The notes beneath the pieces were generated by a model that saw only the letters and a list, made by a program, of their open reading frames with translations, did no database searches and was not told where the DNA came from. Below, piece after piece: positions 26,977 to 35,840 of a stretch of DNA of 64,000 nt. Every line of letters begins with the position of its first letter. Positions within the stretch are counted from its first letter, which is position 1. The stretch is from a virus. Made by a program: the position numbers and the translations under genes. Location: positions 1 through 64,000 of IMG/VR virus record IMGVR_UViG_3300043256_000135; one strand, written 5' to 3'.

Positions 26977-27392
26977 TCGTCTTTCTCTAGTTCGGTGTAT
27001 GGTGGCAGCGGATTCGGATACCGCTCAAACACAGCATCCACCAGCTTCTGAATGCGGCCCATCCACCCGGCCTTGGCCTTGGGTGGGCGGTCGTCTTCGA
27101 CCATGTCGTTCATCATAGCGTCGCGGAACACGAACAGGCAGGCCATGGCCTTGCTGACGTGGTGGATGCCGCTGTCGGGGTCGATATCCTCACCTTCCCA
27201 GTAAGCCATCAGGTGGCGCATGGCGGCGTCGTAGTAAACGGACGCTTGGATCGGGGCCACGCGGTAGTTGTGGCGGCGGTACTTGAAGGCACCTTCCAGG
27301 CATCCGACCGCCACCTCATACAGGACGGGGCAGGGCAGGACCGACAGCGGTGGCTTCGCGCGGCCGAGGGCGTCCTTGGGATTGATGGTCAT
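26973..27392 (-). CDS. dATP/dGTP diphosphohydrolase (DUF5664)
   Basis: KPPLS.LP...GA.KY...NY...YYDAA.RHL..W.GED.DPDSG.HH. Confidence 0.88.
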   Translation of the reverse strand: MTINPKDALGRAKPPLSVLPCPVLYEVAVGCLEGAFKYRRHNYRVAPIQASVYYDAAMRHLMAYWEGEDIDPDSGIHHVSKAMACLFVFRDAMMNDMVEDDRPPKAKAGWMGRIQKLVDAVFERYPNPLPPYTELEKDE

Positions 27393-27652
27393 ACGTTCAG
27401 TCCCCGGTTCCAGCCGCGGAGCAACGCGATCTCGCGTTGCTCGGGTCGCAACCGGCGGAACACCTCGCGGATTTCCTTCGCGCGAGACGGCGTCAACTTC
27501 TTGGTGAGCACGCTGTGGGGGAACAGGCGCTTGACGTACCACAGCTTGGCCGGGCCAATGTCGAGCCCGTCATCGGGCGTCGGGTCCGGTGCGGAGGCAA
27601 CGCCAAACACATTGTCCCTCAGCTTCTGGTATGCGTTCTTGAAGAAACTCAT
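27389..27652 (-). CDS. Hypothetical protein
   Basis: GGAG SD; ATGA overlap. Confidence 0.6.
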   Translation of the reverse strand: MSFFKNAYQKLRDNVFGVASAPDPTPDDGLDIGPAKLWYVKRLFPHSVLTKKLTPSRAKEIREVFRRLRPEQREIALLRGWNRGLNV

Positions 27653-27656
27653 GGTG

Positions 27657-28001
27657 TCAGTCTCCGTTCTGCCCGGGGTGGTCCCCCTCGGGCTGGTCTT
27701 GCTTGATCTCTTCGTCCGGCGTCTGGCCTCCGATGGCCTCGCAAACGGTGTCAACCATGGCCTTCTCATTGGCCGCCTTCGCGATGGTTGTGGCCACGGC
27801 GGCCAGGGCGTTGCCGGCTTCCAGCAGGGCACGGCGACGGCGCCAGGGGAACAACACCGTCCCCGCCACGGACAGCTGGTACCCGGCGCGCATCAGTCCG
27901 CAGGCGACACACGGCTCATACGTTTTGCGGCCACCCGCGTAATCGGTGAGGGTGCAGCCACAGGGGCGGCGGTCGATTTTTTCGATGATGTGGTTATTCA
28001 T
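27657..28001 (-). CDS. Hypothetical protein
   Basis: CxC...CxxC ORF. Confidence 0.6.
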   Translation of the reverse strand: MNNHIIEKIDRRPCGCTLTDYAGGRKTYEPCVACGLMRAGYQLSVAGTVLFPWRRRRALLEAGNALAAVATTIAKAANEKAMVDTVCEAIGGQTPDEEIKQDQPEGDHPGQNGD

Positions 28002-28004
28002 GAT

Positions 28005-28445
28005 TTAGTCTAGTAGATCCCTCAGAAGCACAGGCCGAAAATCTGTTTGCTCAACTGACACACCAATATACCATGGATCCGGCAGCACATGAGCATGTGT
28101 GTGGCCATGAACATTCTTTAGGTACCGGTGTTTTTGTCCAGGGTGAACTGGGATGTGAGTCAGGATACTGCCGTGAAACTCGAACATTCCCCTCACCTTC
28201 GTGAAATGCTCCAGGTATTTCACCATTGGGTAGACATCATGGTTTCCCATGGCTAGCTTCTTGGTGCCGTTCAGTTCGGGCACGCGATCCAAGCGAAACA
28301 TATCTCCCAACACGTATACAACGTCACGCTTCCTGACTACCTCATTCCATCGGCGAATCAGTTCATCGTCGTCGATCCCGCGCAGCTCGTGCAGCTTCTT
28401 ATGTCCCATGTGAAGATCAGCTGTTACAAATACTTGGCTACTCAT
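28005..28445 (-). CDS. Metallophosphoesterase
   Basis: ADLH.GH, LGD, GNHD, THIP, HGHTH; TGTGG-TAGACT 8 nt upstream of ATG. Confidence 0.9.
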   Translation of the reverse strand: MSSQVFVTADLHMGHKKLHELRGIDDDELIRRWNEVVRKRDVVYVLGDMFRLDRVPELNGTKKLAMGNHDVYPMVKYLEHFTKVRGMFEFHGSILTHIPVHPGQKHRYLKNVHGHTHAHVLPDPWYIGVSVEQTDFRPVLLRDLLD

Positions 28446-28449
28446 CTCG

Positions 28450-28662
28450 CTACAGTCTACCACACAACTCAGTCAGGCGGGCGAGAAATGCCCGGATGCG
28501 CTCGCTCTTGTAGAAGGGGTCCACATCGCTCCCAGCCAAGTCGACCACGACAGCGGGGTAACGCTCCCGCGCGGCGTTGTAAACGGCCTGTCCGAGTCGC
28601 AGCTGGTGCCCGCTGTCAAGTACAGCCTTGAGGGCAGCGAGCATGATGTCGTCGGTGTTCAT
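28450..28662 (-). CDS. Small conserved phage protein
   Basis: RLGQA.YN...DPFY. Confidence 0.65.
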   Translation of the reverse strand: MNTDDIMLAALKAVLDSGHQLRLGQAVYNAARERYPAVVVDLAGSDVDPFYKSERIRAFLARLTELCGRL

Positions 28663-29846
28663 CGTATGATCGCCAGATATTCTGACGCTCTTGTGCATGC
28701 GGTGTAGAGCCACGACCGCGCGTTCTGGCGGAAGCACGCGGACTCATCGAACACGATCACGGTGGGCCACGCCGAGCCCTGGGCCTTGTGGCACGTCAGG
28801 GTATATCCATACGTGAACTCCTGAATCTCACCCTTGCGGTCGTAGTGCTCCAGCTTCTCGCCCAGGAAAGGCGCGCAGTAGGCGTCGATGATCTGCGTCT
28901 CATCGTCGCCGTCGCGGCGGATCTCCAGCCCCAGAGTCTTGTTGTCCTGCAACACCGAGGCGTCGTTAGACGCGATGTATATCTCCCCGTTCAGCAAGCC
29001 TAGGTCGTGGTTGTTCCGCAGGCATACCAGCCGCTCACCCATCTCAGGCCAGGGGGTCGAATACCCGAGCAGCTCCCGCACCCGCTTGTTTGTCGCGTGT
29101 CGGGTCTTGTTGCGGCCGACGATGATCTGGTCGTAGGTCGGCACGTTCTCCGGGTTCAGCTCGCCCTTGCGTAGAACGGCCGCGTCGCCCAGGTTGCAGT
29201 ACTCCAGCGGTTTGCCCTCGCGAATGTCGGTGGCGAGCCGCAGAATCCCTGATTCTCGCGCTTGGCGATGCACCTCGGTCAGCATGATATCGGGCTCGCC
29301 CTTCGTGAAGAAGCCGGCGCCGAACACCGGGGGCAGCTGGGCCGGGTCGCCCAGGACCAGAACGGGGGTGTTGAAGCTGAGCAGGTCGCGGCCCATCTCT
29401 TCGTTGACCATGCTGCACTCGTCGATGATGATCAGGTCAGCATAGCGCACATCGGCGTCGGGATTCAGCTGGAAGTGCGGTTGCTTCATGCGCTGGACTT
29501 CTTGCTGGATCTGGATGCGGACCGAGGCCCGATGTTGATCGGTCTTCACGTTCAACAGCAGATCCTGGAGATCCCGTAGCCGCTCGCCGGACTTCGATCG
29601 GCTCTCGTAGATCAGCCGGTGGATGGTCGTCGCCTCGCCGCAGCCCTTGTCGCGCATGACCGAGGCGGCCTTGCCCGTGAAGCTGCCGTACAGAACGTGG
29701 CCCAGGCCCTCGGCGAAGTGTTTGACCAGCGTCGTCTTTCCGGTGCCCGCATACCCTGCAAGGTAGAAAAACGGTTTATCCCCTTCAGATTTCATCCAGG
29801 TGGCGACAGCGTCCAGCGCGTCGGCTTGCTGTGGGGACCACTTCAC
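28659..29846 (-). CDS. Dda/RecD-like SF1B DNA helicase
   Basis: GYAGTGKTT, DECSM, GDPAQLPPV, HRQA, TCHKAQGS. Confidence 0.95.
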   Translation of the reverse strand: MKWSPQQADALDAVATWMKSEGDKPFFYLAGYAGTGKTTLVKHFAEGLGHVLYGSFTGKAASVMRDKGCGEATTIHRLIYESRSKSGERLRDLQDLLLNVKTDQHRASVRIQIQQEVQRMKQPHFQLNPDADVRYADLIIIDECSMVNEEMGRDLLSFNTPVLVLGDPAQLPPVFGAGFFTKGEPDIMLTEVHRQARESGILRLATDIREGKPLEYCNLGDAAVLRKGELNPENVPTYDQIIVGRNKTRHATNKRVRELLGYSTPWPEMGERLVCLRNNHDLGLLNGEIYIASNDASVLQDNKTLGLEIRRDGDDETQIIDAYCAPFLGEKLEHYDRKGEIQEFTYGYTLTCHKAQGSAWPTVIVFDESACFRQNARSWLYTACTRASEYLAIIR

Positions 29847-30046
29847 GGCATCTCCTCGACGGCCTCGACCAGAGCGTCCGTCAGCTTGTGGCAGGCATCG
29901 TCGATGCGGGTGATCCGGGACCGGGCGTTCATCTCGAATTCAGGGGTTACGCTCTCGCAATCCAGCAGGGATGCCTCAACGTAGGACCGCTCCTTTTGGA
30001 GCACATCCAGGGCTTCGATCATGGAGTCTAGGTTCAGGTGTAACAT
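29843..30046 (-). CDS. Small acidic hypothetical protein
   Basis: GTGA overlap with helicase. Confidence 0.6.
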   Translation of the reverse strand: MLHLNLDSMIEALDVLQKERSYVEASLLDCESVTPEFEMNARSRITRIDDACHKLTDALVEAVEEMP

Positions 30047-30060
30047 GTGCGGGTCTCAGT

Positions 30061-30134
30061 TGGGGTGCTGCCGGGAATCGAACCCTGGTCTTCCGCGCCA
30101 CAGGCGGACGTTCTACCACTGAACTAGCAGCACC
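30061..30134 (-). tRNA. tRNA-His(GUG) with encoded G-1 and CCA; T-stem 3' side one nt short
   Basis: GGTGCTGC-TA-GTTC-AGTGGTA-GAAC-G-TCCGC-CTGTGGC-GCGGA-AGAC-CAGGG-TTCGATT-CCCG-GCAGCAC-C-CCA. Confidence 0.88.
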
Positions 30135-30150
30135 ATGAATTCTACCGGCA

Positions 30151-30235
30151 CCCCTCCGCCGCGGACTCAAACCGCGATTTCCCGACTCCACGCCGGGTGC
30201 CTTACCAGCTGGTCCAGTGCTTAGACGAACGGGTG
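30151..30235 (-). tRNA. Degenerate tRNA-like element (Glu/Gln-type scaffold, loop CGTGGAG, enlarged D-loop)
   Basis: GTCT/AGGC D-stem, CCCGG/TCGGG anticodon stem, CGCGG-TTTGAGT-CCGCG T-arm; mismatched acceptor, no CCA. Confidence 0.6.
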
Positions 30236-30429
30236 GGTGATTTCGAATGCCGTTGCTTTCTCGGGTCCAGTCGGCCAAGTCTCCCGGGTGCGTCTTGCGA
30301 GTCCACCATTCTCTCACCCTCAAGGGGTGTCTGGCGTCGGATTGCTAGGGGCAACCCGACAAACCCTGGGCGTTTACGGCTTGAAGCATGTCCGTTGCAA
30401 CAGACGGTTCACCACCGGATACCCTAAGA

Positions 30430-31317
30430 TCAGAAAGCGCTGTCGCCGTCTTCGGCATCGCCACCGCCGTCGGTGGTCGCGGCCTTGTTCAGGTCGGCCT
30501 TCAGCTCGCCGCCCTCGATCATAGTCTTCAACTCACGGCCGGCGATGTAGCCAGCGTGTTCCGGGACCATGAGCGACTGCACGGCGTTGTTGTCGACCGC
30601 GAAAGTGATCGTGGGGTTGAACCACGAACCGCTGTCGTTCGACTCCTGGCCGGTGCCGATGATCACGCGGTGCGCGAACAGCGGCGGATTCCGCTTGCGG
30701 CCCGTGCCATCATCGACCATGCAGTAGCGTGCACGGCTGATGAACTTCTTCTTGTACACCGCGATCGAGGTGGACGAGAAGGGGATGACCACGACGCCCG
30801 AGGGGCTGTCGTTGTCCAGGATCACACCGTAGACGTAGTAAGTCTCGACCAGATCGTTGCCGTCTGGCGAGTAGAACTCACCGTACTTCATCTTGCCGGC
30901 CTTCTTCCGGCTGTTCTCGCCCGCCTCAATGGCGCGGGCGTTCTCCGCGATGGCTGCCTCAACCAGCTCAGTGCCGGGCTGGTGCAGGGACACGATGCCG
31001 CCGCCTTGGTTGCGGGGGCGCCACTCAACGAATACATGCTGCCGCAGAGCGGGCACGATCGTCACGTTCTCCAGCAGTTCGCCGGTGCCGGTGTTCAGGA
31101 TCATACCGGCGACAGCGCCGTCGATCTTGCCGTTGGGGCCCTGGACTTCCGGGCTCTGTGCCTGAAGGATCTTTAGGAAGGGGATGCCGGCTTCGTCCCG
31201 GCCCACGTCGTCGAGGCCAGAACCGAAGTCCTCACCATAGTTGATGGCGGGTACGAGGGCACTGGCGTTCGGGTCTACAGTCACCACACTGGTGACTGAC
31301 TTTTTCTTGGTAGCCAT
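30430..31317 (-). CDS. Phage ssDNA-binding/annealing-type protein
   Basis: IPFLKILQAQSP family pattern; acidic tail ending in F; TGC-TATACT promoter at 31385-31393. Confidence 0.65.
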   Translation of the reverse strand: MATKKKSVTSVVTVDPNASALVPAINYGEDFGSGLDDVGRDEAGIPFLKILQAQSPEVQGPNGKIDGAVAGMILNTGTGELLENVTIVPALRQHVFVEWRPRNQGGGIVSLHQPGTELVEAAIAENARAIEAGENSRKKAGKMKYGEFYSPDGNDLVETYYVYGVILDNDSPSGVVVIPFSSTSIAVYKKKFISRARYCMVDDGTGRKRNPPLFAHRVIIGTGQESNDSGSWFNPTITFAVDNNAVQSLMVPEHAGYIAGRELKTMIEGGELKADLNKAATTDGGGDAEDGDSAF

Positions 31318-31350
31318 GCGGATTGTCTCCAGAAGTTTGGGCCGGCTCTT

Positions 31351-31953
31351 TTAGGCGCCCGGCCGTTCAGCGCCATGGTCTCTAAGTATAGCACTCTCGG
31401 CGAGGATTGCACGTAGTTTTTCTTCCCCCGAGTTTTGAATCTGACGAACACGCTCTGGGGTGACAGCGAGAATGTCGCCTACCTGTCGCAGCGTCATAGG
31501 CAGAGTGTTTACACCTCTGCGCATGCGGATCACCATCGCCTCGCGACTTGGCAACAGCTTGATGCCGTCGCGCACGGCATCAACCATCTCAGCTTCATCC
31601 AGTACTTCCGACACGTCGGGCGCCGAGTCCGCGAGGTCGTAGGCGGTCTCCAGCGAACCACAGATGAGGGAAGGCCGCCGCCGCGGCGTTCGCACGATCT
31701 CATTCCTGGTGTGAATGGCGTCCATGATTATCTTCAAGATGTGCCAGCGGGCGTAGGTCGAAAACTTCGTGCCTCGCGCAGGGTCATACAGCTCGGCCGC
31801 GTCTATCAAACCGAGGTAGGCTTCCTGCACCAGATCCTTGTATTCCATTCGACTGGCCTGGAAATGATTGGCGAAGTGCGTCGCAAGACCCATGTTGGCA
31901 AGTACGAGTTCATTGCGCTTCTTCTGTAGGGGGGTCAGCTTTCTCTTTTTCAT
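31351..31953 (-). CDS. Sigma-70 family RNA polymerase sigma factor
   Basis: Region 2 DLVQEAYLGLIDAAELYDP.RG.KFSTYA; region 4 TLRQVG..L.VTPERVRQI. Confidence 0.93.
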   Translation of the reverse strand: MKKRKLTPLQKKRNELVLANMGLATHFANHFQASRMEYKDLVQEAYLGLIDAAELYDPARGTKFSTYARWHILKIIMDAIHTRNEIVRTPRRRPSLICGSLETAYDLADSAPDVSEVLDEAEMVDAVRDGIKLLPSREAMVIRMRRGVNTLPMTLRQVGDILAVTPERVRQIQNSGEEKLRAILAESAILRDHGAERPGA

Positions 31954-32689
31954 TGGGGGTCACAGCCTGAAACATAGTCACCGCTCGGGCGCGGTGGTTG
32001 GTGGAGCGCAGGAGCAAGATAGTACCCCATGTCTTCCAATCGGTTTTGCGGTGCATTGGCCACACCACGTCTAGATAGACGAGGTTAGCGCCGGGCGCGG
32101 CCACGCGGCGCAGGGCGCGCATGATCTTCCCGCGGTTGGGCGGCGGGCAGTCATACTTCTTGGCATCCTCCGCACTGTAGGGCGGATCCGCGAGCACGAG
32201 ATCGAAGCGGCCCTCCCACTCCTCGGGCATGGCGAGCACGTCGCCCTGCCACGTCGGGTATCGGCCCTGGTCGGGGCCGTGCGTGTCGACGAGTTCCATG
32301 AGCACACCGATCTCTCCCGCAGCCATGTGAGTCGGTGCCCGGCCGGTCGACTCCTCGATCACATCGAACACCTTCACCATGTTGTCCCAGCCGGCCACCT
32401 CCATGGCATTGCGCAGCGTCAGCCCACCCGAGAACACGTGCAAGATCCGCCGCGCGTCCGGGAACATGACGTGGATTCGTTCCAGGTAGCCGTGCGGATA
32501 GGCGCCATAAAGGTCGTTCGGATTCTTGTAGCACGCGCCGATCATCCAGGCGCCAGTGACCATGGGATTTTTCCCGCCGTAGGACAGCGGCGGCCGGTCG
32601 GGAAACTTCCGATTGTAGGCGTGGCACGCCAGCTCGTGCCGGCCAAGCTGCGGTTTGCCGCCGATCCAGACTTGGTGGATGTCGGTCAT
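31910..32689 (-). CDS. Putative DNA adenine methyltransferase
   Basis: LHVFSG (motif I) then DLVLADPPY. Confidence 0.75.
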   Translation of the reverse strand: MTDIHQVWIGGKPQLGRHELACHAYNRKFPDRPPLSYGGKNPMVTGAWMIGACYKNPNDLYGAYPHGYLERIHVMFPDARRILHVFSGGLTLRNAMEVAGWDNMVKVFDVIEESTGRAPTHMAAGEIGVLMELVDTHGPDQGRYPTWQGDVLAMPEEWEGRFDLVLADPPYSAEDAKKYDCPPPNRGKIMRALRRVAAPGANLVYLDVVWPMHRKTDWKTWGTILLLRSTNHRARAVTMFQAVTPNEKEKADPPTEEAQ

Positions 32690-32720
32690 TTCTTCGCTGC
32701 CTCTTCTTCAGTAAGGAACG

Positions 32721-32930
32721 TCATGCTCGCCACTCTCGACCAAACTCTTCGACAAACCACGCCACCAGCATAACAGCCACGCCACATAGGGCACCATCAT
32801 GATGTATGAGAGTAGCTCCGAAACCGGTTATAGCAGCGCACACCAGGCCCGTAAAAGGCTTTCTCGTTCTCAAAAATCCTATGCCGAGACCGACCCCAAG
32901 GAACGCCAGAATTGCAGCTACAATGATCAT
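32721..32930 (-). CDS. Small membrane protein
   Basis: Three hydrophobic segments. Confidence 0.55.
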   Translation of the reverse strand: MIIVAAILAFLGVGLGIGFLRTRKPFTGLVCAAITGFGATLIHHDGALCGVAVMLVAWFVEEFGREWRA

Positions 32931-32931
32931 G

Positions 32932-33183
32932 TCATCCACCCATTGCCGACAGTCCACAGCCGGGACACCCATCGGTGCCCGGGACGCCCCATCCTCCACA
33001 CTCGCACGGCCCCGTTGGCCGCCATGGATACCGCGCCTTCTTGACATCGGCCGCCTGATCCACCAGCATCTCGCACAGCACCCGCAGCGCACTCACCTGG
33101 GAGCCGTACTTGGCGGTCTTGAGGCCGGCGATCTTTGCCCGATAGTAGCCATCGGGCGTCCTGATGATCTTGGGGAGGGTCAC
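32932..33183 (-). CDS. Hypothetical protein with C-terminal Cys cluster
   Basis: GTGA overlap; CEC...CPGC. Confidence 0.55.
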   Translation of the reverse strand: MTLPKIIRTPDGYYRAKIAGLKTAKYGSQVSALRVLCEMLVDQAADVKKARYPWRPTGPCECGGWGVPGTDGCPGCGLSAMGG

Positions 33184-33695
33184 TTCTTCGCGGTCACCTT
33201 CGCCACACGGCGCTGGTAGCCCTTCAGGAGTTTGATGGGAACGTCGATGCCTTCCTTCAGCATGGACTTGATCGCCGCCTTGTTGCTGCTCTGGTGCACC
33301 TCCATCGACTTGACCGAGAGGATGCCATTCCCAGACAGTTCCTCGACCAGCTCGTCCGCGTCGGCTTCCGACCCAGCGGTGAAAGGAACAGAGACCAGCG
33401 TCTTGATCAGGCCACCCTGATCATTCTCACGCAGCCACTTCAGGGCATCCGGGTTGGCCTGCGTCAGCTTCCCAGCGGACAGCTTGTCTTCTACCTCAAC
33501 GCTCACGCCGGACTTCGTCTTGAAGGCGGTCAGCTCCAGCTCGTCCATCAGCTCGGGAATCTGGAACTCGGACAGGTTCTGCACCTTCTTCTGAGCGGCC
33601 CGGAGTTGGGCCTCTATGATTGACACCTCTGTCTCGGCGTCGAACATGGCGTCAGCGAGTTGGGAAAGTCGGGTCAATCCATCAGTGTCAGTCAT
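33180..33695 (-). CDS. Conserved phage replication-module protein
   Basis: Coiled coil + IPELM...WLREN..G.LIK pattern, usually next to SNF2 and SSB-like genes. Confidence 0.75.
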   Translation of the reverse strand: MTDTDGLTRLSQLADAMFDAETEVSIIEAQLRAAQKKVQNLSEFQIPELMDELELTAFKTKSGVSVEVEDKLSAGKLTQANPDALKWLRENDQGGLIKTLVSVPFTAGSEADADELVEELSGNGILSVKSMEVHQSSNKAAIKSMLKEGIDVPIKLLKGYQRRVAKVTAKK

Positions 33696-33852
33696 TTTGT
33701 CGCTCCATGGTGATCTCCACCACATCGTCTTGGGAAATGCCAAGAGAGTCAATCTTCCGCATGAGCGGGATGAAGGCTTCACCCAGGGTCTCAACAGTGA
33801 TGTTGAACTCGTAGACGTCGTCCACGGTCTCGATTGTTACGTGCCATTTCAT
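33688..33852 (-). CDS. 54-aa hypothetical protein
   Basis: MKWHVTIETVDD...; fills gap, AGGA SD. Confidence 0.5.
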   Translation of the reverse strand: MKWHVTIETVDDVYEFNITVETLGEAFIPLMRKIDSLGISQDDVVEITMERQND

Positions 33853-33854
33853 AT

Positions 33855-34109
33855 CTAGAGGTCCTCTTGCTCAAACACGCTCCGGTTATTCGCAGCACAT
33901 TCATCTCTGTACCTCTTCAATTTCCGAAATACGCCAGCAATCTGCCTCACCGCGTCACGCAACGACCACTCGCAAGCCACAATCTTCAGATTGACTGGGT
34001 TGCCTTTGACGGTTTCGGCATGAATGATTATGGACGCCTTTCCCGGTTCGTAGTTACAGACGCGGATATCAAAGCCGTTGGCATTGAAGTTTCGTGTGGG
34101 AGTGTTCAT
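33855..34109 (-). CDS. Hypothetical protein (leaderless)
   Basis: GTGTGG-TATACT-N5-ATG. Confidence 0.65.
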   Translation of the reverse strand: MNTPTRNFNANGFDIRVCNYEPGKASIIIHAETVKGNPVNLKIVACEWSLRDAVRQIAGVFRKLKRYRDECAANNRSVFEQEDL

Positions 34110-34187
34110 AGGACAGTATACCACACGCTGGCACCCTTGCGGAGATTTTCTTTGGCCCACAGGGGCTGGAGGTTCGTGCGTGCCATG

Positions 34188-35672
34188 CTATACCCACTCC
34201 CGGATGGAATCGCCCAAAATCAGAGCTGCTAGATCCACCTTGTCCCGCAGGGCCCGTAAGATGGTCCGGTCAAGAGTCCCGCGTGCGATAATATCTATGT
34301 AGAGCACAGACTTGTCCTGCCCGATGCGGTGGGCGCGGTCTTCGCTCTGGAGCCGGTCGGAGAGCCGGAAACTGTTGTTGTAGTACACGACCGTCTTTCC
34401 CATATGCAAAGTCAAACCTTCACCAGCGGCTGCTGGGTTAGCCACGAAGAACTGCGCGGTACCATCCTTGAACGCGGCGCGGCGCACCTCGCGGTCGTCT
34501 TGGGAGGTCCGGCCGTCGTAGACGACACAAGTCTTTCCCTTCGCGAGCAGTGCGGCCTCGATCAGGTCGATGTCCTTTTGGAACTTCGCAAAAATGATGG
34601 CTTGGTGGGGGATGTCTTCGATCGTATCCATCAGGCACAGCAGTCGCGGGTTCGGCATGATCTCGATCATGTCGCCGCCGTCCGTTGGCAAGTACCCGGA
34701 GGCAATCTGCTGGAGCCTCAGTAGCCTAGTTATTGCAAGAGCGGCCGTGACCATGTCGTCATCTGCCAACCAAATTACAAACTCCCTTTTGAGTTCTTCG
34801 TAGAGCCGCTTCTGCTCTGGGCTCATGTCGAACGTGCGCTTCTCGTACAGCTTCGGCGGCAAATCGAGCACGTCCTCTTTCAGTAGGCGATCACCCATCT
34901 TGTCCACGATCGCGTGCAGAGACGCAAGGTTCTGGTACCCGGTCAGCGTCTGAAACCGTTGACCGTTATCGTTGCGGACGTACTCCTCGAATACCCCATA
35001 CAGTGCTTTGAACGCGGGGAAGCTGCCGCAGCCCATGCGCTTCCAGACGTCCTCATCCAGAAACATCAGCTGCGAATAGAGATCAAAGGGTCCCTGCGTG
35101 ATTGGGGTCCCCGTCAGGATGCGGCGATAGGGGGCATACTTGCTTGCGGCCAACACGCGCTTGGTGCGCTTCGCCGAGGGCGTCTTGATTCTTGCGCTTT
35201 CATCGAGAACAAACATGCACCGGCGATCGGTCAGCAGGAACTTGGAAGCCTCTTTTCCCTTCATCAGGCCACGCTTCGCACCCTTCGTACGAGAAGTCAT
35301 AATTGAGTCGTACGACATTATCAGGACTGCCAACATGCTCGGGGGCGTCGACAGGAATTCCTTCAGTTCCTTCTGGAAGCCGATGGTTTTCGCTTTGCTG
35401 GTATTCCACAGGAACACCTGCACGCGCTTCGGGTCCACGCCGAAGTGCAGCGGCAATTCATCAAAGACCCAGTTGGGCGCGACCGCCTTGGGAGCCAGCA
35501 CCAGCGCACCGTTGATTTCGCCCGACTCGTACAGGTGACCAATGATATCGATGGTGGGCTTCGTCTTCCCCGTCCCCTGTTCCCAGAAGATCGCACGAGC
35601 CCGCAGGTCGCGGGTGCGCTCATACAGCTCGGCCTGATGTTCGAACGAAGTCGTCTTTTGGGTGTAGGTCAT
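34188..35672 (-). CDS. SNF2-family helicase
   Basis: EQGTGKT, DESA, LTGTP, GEGLTL, QSEDRAHRIGQ. Confidence 0.95.
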   Translation of the reverse strand: MTYTQKTTSFEHQAELYERTRDLRARAIFWEQGTGKTKPTIDIIGHLYESGEINGALVLAPKAVAPNWVFDELPLHFGVDPKRVQVFLWNTSKAKTIGFQKELKEFLSTPPSMLAVLIMSYDSIMTSRTKGAKRGLMKGKEASKFLLTDRRCMFVLDESARIKTPSAKRTKRVLAASKYAPYRRILTGTPITQGPFDLYSQLMFLDEDVWKRMGCGSFPAFKALYGVFEEYVRNDNGQRFQTLTGYQNLASLHAIVDKMGDRLLKEDVLDLPPKLYEKRTFDMSPEQKRLYEELKREFVIWLADDDMVTAALAITRLLRLQQIASGYLPTDGGDMIEIMPNPRLLCLMDTIEDIPHQAIIFAKFQKDIDLIEAALLAKGKTCVVYDGRTSQDDREVRRAAFKDGTAQFFVANPAAAGEGLTLHMGKTVVYYNNSFRLSDRLQSEDRAHRIGQDKSVLYIDIIARGTLDRTILRALRDKVDLAALILGDSIREWV

Positions 35673-35781
35673 GGGGTGCGGGAATAATGTGCCGGCCCCG
35701 GGAGAGAACACTCTCCCGGACCGGCGTTGCCAGCTACGGGTTGGCAACAGAGCAACCAAACGGAGGATTCTTCACCACACC

Positions 35782-35815
35782 ATTCTACCACACATGGAGC
35801 CCGGAGGTCGAGAAA
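35782..35815 (-). promoter_or_regulatory. Promoter TCGACC-N18-TAGAAT heading the replication operon
   Basis: GTGTGG extended -10, same spacing as early repeats. Confidence 0.6.
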
Positions 35816-35840
35816 ACTTCGGCGCTGATGCCCACGGGGG

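Noticed and set aside
16666-27392. Complete Z-genome (2-aminoadenine) or 7-deazaguanine pathway
   Set aside because: HD hydrolase and DUF5664 are present but no PurZ, QueC/D/E, FolE or DpdA is recognisable in the window
30020-30060. Theta (HDV-like) ribozyme after the tRNA-His 3' end
   Set aside because: Only 14 nt separate CCA from the next ATG, with no fitting P1-P4 pairing
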